Of a stretch of DNA of 64,000 bases, positions 49,601-61,400 are shown piece by piece. The notes beneath the pieces were generated by a model. That model was not told the origin of the DNA. It saw only the letters and a program-made list of their open reading frames with translations, and searched no databases. Position numbers and translations under genes: made by a program. This DNA is from Lingula anatina (taxonomy: Eukaryota > Animalia > Brachiopoda): NCBI GenBank assembly GCA_051362555.1, contig CM120644.1, positions 12,732,567-12,796,566 on the forward strand. Reading direction: 5' to 3'. Positions within the stretch are counted from its first letter, which is position 1; the number at the start of each line of letters is the position of its first letter.

Positions 49601-52600
49601 TAATAACTGCCTTGCTGTAAGATACGCACGCGAACGCCGCGTCTTATCCTGGCTGCTGAGACTTCTGCGGGTGACATCTCAGTTATAATTCAGGTTAACT
49701 GTCGTATAACGAGTGGGATTTGAAACCGTTTAATGGTTAAATAAATCAACGTATTGTGTAGGCTATACTGACACGTTCGAAAGTGCAAAAAATGCGGATT
49801 TTTCATTCTAATAAATCCTTAATATTGAACACTTTATATCCACACAGGAGTGAATGAAGAATGAGTAGATGAATTAATGAGGAAAGGAGAGAATAAAGAA
49901 ATAAACGTACACCCACATAAATAAATGGACAACTTCGCTTGCTGCGTTGGCCTTGTTAGACCCACAAGCTCGAGGATATGCTGCTGTTTCTATTCCTGCC
50001 ATCATTTTCATCGGTCCCCCATGTACAGTTCTGTGTGTACAATAAACCAATGATCACAAGGCAGTATTTTGCTATGCATACATACATGCCCCTTGGCTAA
50101 GATATGGTGATCTGTGGCAATTTTTATACTAGGTTAAAATAGGAAAATATATCCTAAAACCCTAAGTTACCCCAGATATATATGAGAGGATATTTTTTTT
50201 CAATAGGACACGCAACTCTCTCATAAAACTGCGGGCGATTGACCCTAATCTCGGTCCAATGAGCTCTCATCAAAGCAAAAAAAAATGAAGAGAGAGAGAG
50301 AGAGTGAATACATGCCCGGTCCCCATTACCCCTACAATTAAAACAGACCAAACTACAAACTTAAACCGGTATAGGTCAAAGTGACGTCATCATGCGACCA
50401 AATAAACGTTTGCTATCGAAAACCTTTCCAGGTGCCCATTGTCTACAAGGATCATATTTTCCAGCAAATACCAACGTTCTCCATACCCCATTCGCAGTAC
50501 TCAGTGAAATCCTCATGTCACCGATATCCTGTTTATTAATCTGTTCAACGAGACTGACGCCATGCGAGCCAGCTGTCACCTACTTTTCATTTTAACCCAG
50601 CCAACTCGAAATGTCTTCCTTAACCCCATGATGAGTAAGTTTGGAGAAGCATATACGATATAACGTCAGGCTCATACTTAATGCTAACGCTTAAAATTTA
50701 ACATACCTTCCTCAATCCTATCTCAGTCTTGTAGCTGGGAGATCACAAATGGTTTCGACAACTGTCATTTCTTTTACACTGCATAGGTAAAAGCCGGCTT
50801 GAGGGTGATTACTCTCTACTTATCCCGTCACCTCGATGACTTCGACAGATCATTTCTATACAAAGCGCTATCGGCTATTAGTCACTTTTTTTCTTTTGTA
50901 AAAAAATATATTGGCACCTTTACTCATATTATGCGATTATTACAACAAGCACGTTTTCCATCAAAATAAACGCCTGTTGTTGCGGTATTTGTGAACTTGT
51001 TCATCAAGATTTATAGCCCATAACTGTTCATTTTCATTATTTAATGCTATGTTCAGGAATGAACATGTCGCTACGCTGTTGACTCCAGCTGGCTTTTCCT
51101 ATTCGCAAACTTCGCCCCCTTGTTCCATTATACCACCAGGCCTTAATAGCACATACAAGTAACATTGTGCTCTATAGAAAGCCTTGTCTACATTGCACAT
51201 GTGGGACGTGATCAAAACACCCAATACAAAGTTGCCGCTGGTTTAGTATCTAATCTATGGCTATTAGTAATGCAATTCTTCCTTCCATTATTTTATATCG
51301 CCTATCTATTGTATTGACGTCATTCCGAAAGTTTTTTGACCTTGAGAGTTAAACCAACAGATAAAATGGTTAGTAACAAGCATCCGGCCTTAGTACTGTG
51401 CAGTAAGTGGCATGCGATTTAATTGGCTACATATTTGCGCAAATCACCACTTAACTAACTGACAAAGGGAGATTCTGCAAACAGCTTTGCCAGCGCCACC
51501 GCCAGCGCCATCTACGTGTACCAGTGGGTATATAGAAGATCAGTTAATTACACGCGCAGTGGGGTGTCCGATGAGTTTTGAGAAAATTGTTAGTACGGTT
51601 CAATCGGTGCGCATCCAATCGAACATGGCATCTTATCGTTAAGATCTTAGGCGTGTTTTCCCGCTGCTGTAAATCATATTACCTATGATAAAAATGCGGA
51701 GGACTCAAGATCAACCCAGAAAATTCAGTTTTCTCAGTTACAATTTCCTCACTATGTATGGAAATAACGGTCACTAATATAAAACGACTAAATGTAATTA
51801 TCATATGAATGAAAAAAATTGAAATTTATGTATCGAAAAAAAATAAGAAGAATGTAAATGATATTATGTTAACCCTCAAGATAAAAAAGGAAATAGAAAT
51901 AACGAAAGGAGAAGAGAAGAAACTGATAAAAAGTCAAAAAGAAAACGTCTATTAAATACAGAATATATGACTCTGAATAATCAAGAACACGTCCAACATA
52001 GAAAAGAAATTTAAGTAATAGGAAAACAAAGTCCCACACTAAGCAGAAAGATAACACGTTCAAGTAACACTATGTATTTACCTTTCCGTGGTGGCAAATT
52101 CTTTGTAAATCAAGCGGTGAGATTGCACCTCAACATGGAAGCTATCACTGTTGGTGTTCCGATACTTAACTACAGCCCGACAGGACGCGAGCGATCGATA
52201 GACTAAGTATTATAGGGAGAACAAGCCGCGAGGCACCGAAAACCCGACGAGGTCACACAGGCGCCGCGTGCCTCCCTAAGGCTCAACTTACACGTCAATT
52301 TCTTTTTTTTCTTTTCTTTTTGGTCTTAAAATATGCTGCCACATGGGCGTGCGTCTGGCGCTTCATACATAGACCCGCTTTTGTCACTCCACCGATTAAA
52401 AAAAATCGTCGCTTTAAGTCCTTGTAAGCGGCTTCATTTAAAGAAGGAAAACAAATGTTAAAGAAGCCCATTTTGTTTGCCTTTTGACATAAAAAACGGT
52501 GGGTTAGTTTTTCTCTACGTGTGGTAAATCTACAGGATATCATTAGTTGCCTAACAAGACATGTGGTTATAGTTTTTCCGAGTAGAAATTTCGAAGAAGA

Positions 52601-54162
52601 GAAAAACGATGCTATAGTATAAACGCATTTGATATACAAAAAGGCTCATCTGACTTGATAATAAGACGTACAGTGTACGGAATATATTTGAAATATATTG
52701 GATACCCTGTAGTGCGGAATTAAATGATCTAAACGGTCTTTCTCTGAGTGTCCACTGAGTACTGATCCCAGGCAATTTTTTTTACTACACTCATTTTATT
52801 GGATTTGACCGCGAGTGTGCACTGGTATAGGATGGTGTGTCAAAGTGCTTTCATTTCTAATACCAAACCTGTTCAGGGCAACCAAATTGATCAAACAAAA
52901 CCACCATGATCAACACTCCATCACGAGAACGGTCGACACTTGTACTTAACATCTAGATCTGCTACTGAAAGTGCGTTTTGCCTCTCTAGCTCTCCAGGAA
53001 ACTCTCGTAATCTTCTAGAACTTCACCTGGTATCTGGGTATGCATAAGGTCAAAAACTACACCAGTGATATCTCAGTAATTTTCTTCGTCATCGCTCTCT
53101 TATCATTACAGATGGAGAGCACTTTAAACTGAAGACTCCAAAATGTGGGGCCTAGTCTGAAACCTTATGCCCAATCAAAAACTACAGATTGCCGTGAATG
53201 TTTTTTATACTAAAAATAAACATTACCTTAATTACAAGTACTCACTCTGGAGCTGTTTATCCTCCTCAGAGCAGATTAGTATAGGTTTCCAAATACAACC
53301 GTTGCGTTGGTATTAAATATCAACATTAAGTGTAACAAAGTAAATAAAACGCGCACTTTGTACTTGCTCTGAGCAGGTGGAAGAAGGCGTGTTCAGTTGC
53401 CCTGTTAGGTTCACTGTGGAGCTATGAAAACTTGACAGCCATTACAATTGTTTAATCAACACTTATAAGGACTGTCGATAAAAACGCCAAGCAATGTGCT
53501 TATTGTTGGAAATATTATGCTTCACATCCAAAGTTCTATATGCATTGTTTCAGCGCATGTTGATAAATATTGTAATACAGATCCAGAGTAAATGAATATT
53601 TAGATGATTGTCGCCTTCAAGTGCCATTTATAATGCTCAAAATGATAATCATATCCAGTATTGTGTTTGTGAAGCTTCAAAACGTCTTCAAAATAGAATG
53701 ATGTTTGGTGCTTTATTGTGAAGAATGGATACAAAAGGACAAGAAACTGATAACAATTGCTAATAAATGGATAACACAAAATGTCAATCAAAGTAGGCCA
53801 TATTATAACATATACCACCAATAATATTTGACCGTGTCTCTGGCGCCATCTTGTGGTAGATTTGTTCACAATCAGAAAAAATCTGTTGTCTTGTGCGTGC
53901 AAGGAAAGAAACGCTTATGAAGGTATGAATAATGGCATAGAATAAAATAATTTTATCTATAATAACGCAAAAAGTATGGTATCCATAAAGCATGTATATT
54001 ATCAACACTTTAATCATCTTTGAAATAATTAAAGGTTTACATGAGGAAACACAGTTAATACTGCTTTACAGGCCTTTCAGCATACCTGGCTTCTCGGTAG
54101 AATAATAACGATTCTTCAAGCAACCCAACCTGACTTAAGCACTAACAACTACCAATTTTATA

Positions 54163-54343
54163 CCGGTGTGACAGGAATGGTAGTCCGCTACTAGGCTAGG
54201 GTATTGTGGTCCGCTTCCCATTACTTTGTGCAGGTGACATTCGTCCCATATACTAACCCCAATACTCCGACTAAACCTAACCTGTACTAATCTTAAGAGA
54301 TCCCGGACTTCCATTTCTAGGACTACCATTCCTGTCACACCGG
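54163..54343. mobile_element. MITE with perfect 24-bp TIR and TA flanks
   Basis: TA|CCGGTGTGACAGGAATGGTAGTCC ... GGACTACCATTCCTGTCACACCGG|TA. Confidence 0.88.
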
Positions 54344-55471
54344 TAATACAGACGGATATAGGTGGTGATATATTTAGTTGCCTTCATTTTTTCAGTTCCT
54401 GAGGGGCATGGTAGATTCTTGTTTACCTTTCCTTGATAGCAATCCCCCAGTCAACAAGCTACATGCCCTGCCAAAAACCGAAGCTCAGGAAGAAGCAGGG
54501 TGCGCCTGTATACGTTGCAAGTGTATTAAGTAGGTAAAAAATTAAAGGGAAATTAATACGGCAGATTAAAGATGCCAGAAAAAGTCTTTGCGTGGCCATA
54601 TCAGGTGCTGATGGCCTATGGCGTTAATGTTGAGCTTATAGCTCGGAAAAAATGTACGAAACGGAGCTGCAAAAGCGACGGATAAAACATAAAGGGCCTA
54701 AATAATAGCAAAGATAGAAGGACTGTTTTTCGCCTTTGTAAAATTAATGCATATTGAATGAAACACTGCTGGGCGAAATATCATAATATAATATACAATA
54801 TATTCCCGGAGATCATCCAAAAACGTCGATGTTGTGAAAAATTGAGTATTGATTAAACAATGATCTGCTATGGAAATCAGTGATAACACCAAGGACAAGT
54901 AATTATACGATATTAGCCGATTCCCGTCGTGGCAACAAGCCTATATTGCTTTCAAAAGATAGAGATATGTCATTTTGCGAAGATCCATACCGAACATGCC
55001 CAGCTGTTCTCATAAAGAAGAAACGGCATATCTTACGAGGATTTCCTAAAGATGCAGAATCCATTGCATTCTTAATACCTTTAAAGTAGCTTGCTAATGC
55101 ATGCGATGAGAACACGCCTGCGGGGACATATGCGTCTTCAAAGAAACTGAAGTTCCTTCAAAGGATAAAAGCACTGTGCTCACGAGCCCCGATAGAGACT
55201 TGTGATTTGAACACCTGAGGTTGTCCTTTTTCGATATCATCCCGATAAAATGAATCAAATTCTTTCAATAGAAAAACCTCAGTTGTACTGTAACGTATGA
55301 GAAGAAATAGGGATAAAGACCTGTCTTCTTTGTGACATATGCCGGCTGTCAATGTGCCTACATGTCAACGATCTTTTCGGAGAGAAGACGCGTTTGACAA
55401 ATCGGATATTGGTTAACGGCATTGAAAATAACAAATACTGTTCAGGCTGGCTTAATTTTCTTTTAACTTGT

Positions 55472-55672
55472 CAGAGAATAATTTCATCAGCTGTGTTATG
55501 GTATAAGAATGAAGTGATTTTTCTTCAGTCAACAGCTTAATATTGAAATAGTTTTACCTCCAATATATCCTGATGAAGATGTTCTGTTAGACATCGAAGT
55601 ATTGGGGGTAAAACTTCAAAAATTCAAAATTTCAATATTAAGCTTTTGACTGAAGAAAAATTACTTCATTCT
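55472..55672 (+). mobile_element. Penelope-like inverted-repeat remnant with hammerhead-like core, copy B
   Basis: Inverted arms about 55505-55565 / 55600-55672 enclose CTGATGA-A-GATGTT-ctgtta-GACATC-GAAG. Homologous to 29049-29227. Confidence 0.6.
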
Positions 55673-56423
55673 AACACACGTTACGTGTTTTGGGACTGGT
55701 ACTATGAAACCACATTATGGTGACATGTTTTTACTTCGACTCTCGACGCTCTAACTTGCATTTATCTTATTTTGTTAGATGAACCTTGCTTGATTACTAC
55801 TTACTTTAGTTCTTAAAACTTTGAATTGATAATACTGTAAACCCGTGACATCCACCAAAACTGTACATTAAGGCTGCAATGTAATAACTTAAACAACTAA
55901 CAATTGTCCAAATACAAGTTTTTGTACAGTACACCTAACGTAATCATCAATGATGAATCATTGACTTGTTTTCATCCATCTTCATTCAAGAACAAAAATA
56001 AAACTCAGGGGGCGTCGTTTCTTATGTTTTCAAAGTAATTTAATTGCTAGATTATTTTGCAACATGTCCGATGAAGTATTGATTCTTGCCATTCGATTAG
56101 AAAAGTTCCTTTAGCCTTTTTGTCGATGCAACGTGATATAACTCACAGCCAAGAGTAGGCCATACGAGTAAAAATAAGATCCTTTGGCTTTTCTTTTAAG
56201 GAACATCTAAGATTTGCCTTCATTCCTTAATATTTTTTCAAAGCCGCTGTTAGGGTACCCATCGGGTGCTTAACGATGTTTCACAGAAGCAGCCGCCAGA
56301 TATCTGGCAAAAGTCAGCAAGTTTTGAGAAAGCATATAAAGATATCTGTAACTGGCGTTTGCGTTCAGGCTTATGTCTTATGGCAATAGGTGGCTTTGTT
56401 TTGTGATCTGTTGGCTGGTTTTC

Positions 56424-56427
<4 letters not shown>

Positions 56428-56464
<37 letters not shown>

Positions 56465-56490
56465 GGAGAGAGAGAGAGAGAGAGAGAGAG
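56428..56490. repeat. compound (TG)n-(GA)n microsatellite
   Basis: Adjacent TG and GA runs. Confidence 0.93.
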
Positions 56491-58311
56491 GAAGGTAGGA
56501 GAGAAAAATACCAGCTGAAGGATACCCGGCGGTCACCTTCACTTTGTATCCAATCAGCCTTCAAAAGTAACGCAACTGTTTTTATTTCCGTTAGGGTTCT
56601 GAACAAAAAAATGTTTTTAAGCTAATATCAAATATCAGAAAAAGATACAGTGATTTTAAAAACCAAGAAAGCGAACTCACACGGTCAAGATGAGCAAATT
56701 GTTCTGTAAGATGCGCTATTACAACAGGAGGCATACTATAATCACGGTCTCATTTTATGAACCATTGTCATTGCTGCAATTGCTTTCTTGATACTTTTTC
56801 CCTTTCTCTCCATCCATCATAACGATGCGGAAATGAAATTCATTGGGCGGCCTGAATTTACAAATCACCCTATAGGTTTATCATTTCGTTTACCTGCCAG
56901 CTGCAGCAATGATAACAGATTTTAAAATGACATCAACAGGACTAAAAAGTACTTTGTTTTTTTTTGTATAGGGTATTATACTACTGCTATGATTTCTTGG
57001 GCGATATAGCTTCCATGGAAAATTTTGGGAGTACAGCTGTGTTAGTTCGTGGACAAAATAAGCCAGGAAATATACTTCTGGTAAGGAATATAATCTAGGA
57101 GTATTAAGTGGATCGGTACGACAACCAGTTTTGGAAAATCGGACAAAACATTTCTAACTACCTTTATGTACAGGGCAGACTTAGCCCAATCTTCTTATTA
57201 ACAAGTCCTATACGGGACAGAATGTGATGCTAAGTACGAATCTGAAATATTTATTCCCCGACAATTATTTAGGTTGGCAAATGTATAATTTTTTTTTCAA
57301 ATTTCGGACAAAATGGCCTAACAGAATTTTTATCAACGGCAATAAAAGTAACCCTAAACTCTATTGTGTCTTTTTCATATTTTAAGGATTTTTAATAGGG
57401 TTCGAGTGTTAGTAAAAGTTTGTTACATACTAGAGTGGATTCAGTCATAATGTGTGCTGACATTTACTGATAATATAAGTTACATCATAAACACATCTAT
57501 GTTTTTAGTTTGAAATCCTTTGTGACAAAATCAAATTTAAACTATATATTCAGTATGGTACCTTTAAATGCTTAGGGTGAACATTTAGGTAGGGCTTTTT
57601 GGCCTCACTGTTAAACGCAAAAGTTATCCTTATTCATGGTGCATGGAACCTTATCCTTTCATTTTACCGAGAATCTTCTCAGCTAGTTAACATTTGTCAA
57701 AGCGCTAGTATCGATTAACAGTGCTTTTTTGTTTGGTTCAACAAAGAGCTGAGTGTCACGCCTGAGGTGAGGATCCTGTTTGTATTTGCGTGTTTTATTA
57801 TCTCGCCAAATTGTTGTCAGTCAAGAAATTGCTTCGGTTTCAAAGCTATTGATCACATTTCCTAGAAGAGCTGTGCTCTTGTGAAGGTAACTCTTTAACG
57901 GCTTCCGTGACGAACGTGTAAGTGTAAGCGGAGAGGGAATTTATTGGGGGGGAAGGGGGGGGGGAGAAAACCAAATATCAGAGCCCTAAACATTGTTGGG
58001 AAGAGCTGTAACTCAGATGAATACACATTGCATTTTGCTAATACACTCTTTTTCGAAACTATACCTGTCATGTTTTATCTCAGGCTATGTTTATTCATAC
58101 ATTAACCTGTTGAATTTTATTGTATTATTATATTTCATTCTTACTCATTCAATACTACAATTTTGCTTTTGAGCAAAATGGTTTATTAGCTTGGTAGTGG
58201 GATCATATTTGATAATTATAAAACAAAAGAGGCAATATTAGCCGCTGTAGCACTTAGCAGTCAGTGAGTAACAACATCTACTCACATCAGTCTGATGAAG
58301 GCTTAGGTCTA

Positions 58312-58458
58312 GGGCCCGTATAGGAACTCGAAAGCATCACGAATAGCGACATCAAATAGAGGCTGTACAGTGTTTTATATGGGGCGAGTATGGGCGAGTT
58401 TTGGAATCCAGATGCTTGCGTTCGGTCGCAATGCGCGATGCTTTCGAGTTACGGGGCC
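58312..58458. mobile_element. Harbinger-like MITE
   Basis: GGGCCCGTA..AACTCGAAAGCATCACG / CGCGATGCTTTCGAGTTACGGGGCC inverted termini. Confidence 0.7.
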
Positions 58459-61400
58459 AGGTTAATCGTATCGAAACATCCCAGCTTTGTGTTTTATAAT
58501 TATCACCTTTGCTGTTGTAACGTGAGCTATTCGACTCAACAAAGGTAAAATTTGAAATACCTTCAGTCAGATATGTGTTGTCCTCGATAAGCCTTACTTC
58601 AACGGGGACTCATCCCCAAAAATCATTACATGTCAGACAAAGCTTCCATCTGTCTAGAAATTCGAAAACATTGTAATTGGCAAACCAAAAAGAACTCTCC
58701 GGGGAGTGGATTTACATAAGGAAAGCAACTCTCAGCATGTTCTGTCAATTACACGTACAAACGGTATCATTTTATCCAGTGTCAGTCTCAACATTTATGA
58801 TTGATCTCATATCATAAAGTCGAGCTTCACATAGGAATTCAGGACAAGTCATCGTCTGGAGTCCTCGCCCTGACAGGAAGAAGGATGTTTACAACTCTAG
58901 TACACGTAGATAATCATAATATTGGCTGCCAATTTACTCTGTTTTTCTCAAATGGGTGAGCCAATTGTCAATCATGTTATTGTACCAATGAATCATCCGT
59001 AAACGAAGCGGGTTCATTGTCAAAATCAGCAGATTGGTCATCAATAAAGAACTTTAATAATATTCCAAGAATTGTATTACATTCGTGTTCCATGCTACAT
59101 TTATACAAAATCTAAGATGTGCGTCACTTTAATTTATTACATGTGCATTGAGAAAATTGGATAACTGGAATCGTTTTACGAACAGTATTATGGAAGTTGG
59201 CATTTTAGATTTTGCGTGGGAAGCCTTCGCTTCCTCTTAAATGACAAAAGGCGCAATAAAAACATGTTTTCTAACCGTAATAGTATATGTATATAATTGA
59301 TGAAAAGACGCCTAGTGTAACGTACATGATTAAAGCTTATGTCACGTATCCTAATACATGGTTAATGAAATGTTATACCTATGTTTAGTTGAATTACACA
59401 TTGTAGAATATACAATAGCGTGTGATGATGGCATTCGGTAAAACTATTCATTTGAATGAGCCAATTAGTAGAAAAAGAAATGTACCAGAAATTTTATCGG
59501 ACTCAAAGTAAATCACGTGAAGTGAAGTGCATTAAAACCAAGTGACAGCAATGAGCACAGGAGTGAACGTAAAAGATAGTAAGGCTTCCTTTTGGCGTCA
59601 TAAATGTCAGACAAAACCCTTTGCAAGCAAATGGTGTGGGTTATTCTTTGACTGTATCAAAAACTGAAAATCTGATCGAAGGCTTTTGAAGTTAAAAGCA
59701 AAGTGAAGGTTTTAAAGACATTAAAGAAGTACTTTTTCATGTGCAATATTTATGCATGATTGTCTCAAAGAAAAATAATACCTTGTCTGAGGAAATATCA
59801 TTCGTGTGACACATCACTATCATACTCACAGAAACAAGAAAAATGGTCCAGATCTTATAAAATATGTGGTGCAGAAATTGCTCATTTAAAAAAGTCAGAA
59901 AAGGAAGATGAATTAACATACGTATTCTACTCAACGCTAGGGGAGCCGTGTTTATCTGTTATTATCTGACAGATAGTCCCTTTATTGCGTTGATATACAA
60001 TTTTGTGTATGCCAACATTCTATACAACTGGCATACATTATTAGCGTTTAAGGACCCATTTCCAATAAAAGTAAGTGTATCGTGCTATGTAGATCGATCC
60101 AACTCCGCGGGACTCTCGCTGAATGCAATCAGATTACCTAATTAACACGCTTCCTCTTGTTTCCAACTTACTCGCATGACTGCCAGCTTTCCTGTATTCT
60201 ACTCAACGCCAGGTGGTGGCGTGTTTATCTGATATATAATTTCATTGGGAACGAGTCGTAAGTTTCAGATACAGGCCAGATTAATTACATAATGTACTTT
60301 TAAGTAATTAAAATTACTGCACTCACTAGCTTGAATTTCCGAAAGTTGTTCCTATACCATCTTTCGAAGCATGCATGTAACGTTCTATATTTCTTGATGT
60401 TATCACTTATTCTGTACGTTTATTACCGTGAAACGTTCATGGAGGCCAAATACCTTGATGCAAGCTGTTTGTAATTCACGTAAATGCCGAGGAGATAAAG
60501 CAACACACAAAAGTGCTTTATCTGTACCAGCAATTTTTCCGGTGAACTTATTGACTGTATAATATGCATATCTTTTAATTATACAACTGCCGTTTTCACA
60601 ATTATATATCTCATAATAAAATCTCATTCCAATAGAAATTACGATATGAAACAAATATATGGTGCATTAATCCCCCATCCACAGGATACCAAAAGCCTGT
60701 TAATTTCAGCTCCATTTGCTACAATTGGATTTTATAACTTTGTTATCCTGTTTAGTAACTCGGTAATGCTTCACACGTACTTTAATTGCCATCATAAACG
60801 AATGGGTAGGTATTTGCTGTACACTTAATAGGTCATTCAGTACACATACAAATATGTCAACACAACATGTTTATAAAAGAGAACGAAATAGGAAAAAAAT
60901 AATTACGACAATGTATGATTACAGACATGAAGCATGTGTTGTGCTGGTTCTTACTTTCGTCGTACACGGCAAGGGAAGGAAGAAAACCCAATATTTTCAT
61001 TCTCACATACTGACACCAGAAGCACGACTGTGTCTTGAACGTGAGAATCTATACTTTTCTTGGAATTTGGGGTTTATTCAGACAGACACTTAAGTCCCTA
61101 GTAAACTTGTGTATCTTCGATTAGATGTGATTTGTGTGCGAAATTATACAATTTAGCCAGAAAATCAAAATGAAACATTTTTGAGCCCACGACCGTCATA
61201 ATTACCAAATAGCCGATATATTAGATGTTTAATAGAATACCGCACAGGGCGTAGTGACCCAATAAAGTTACATGTACGTAACTAAAACTGAAAACAACAC
61301 TATTTGTGGCCATCAGAGGGCACTTCAAATGAACCATACGATTAAGAGATGGTATATTGAAAATACGCCGTATATTTTGGAATGAAGTAATATTTATATA

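Noticed and set aside
52228-52280. GC-rich hairpin GAGGCAC/GTGCCTC enclosing CCGACGAG
   Set aside because: No GAAA box after the putative stem II, and no RNA family recognised.
53240-56230. Minus-strand GTGAGT donors near 53245 and 56146 as exons of a second gene
   Set aside because: The upstream frames are short or hit stops, with no recognisable protein similarity and no consistent exon chain.
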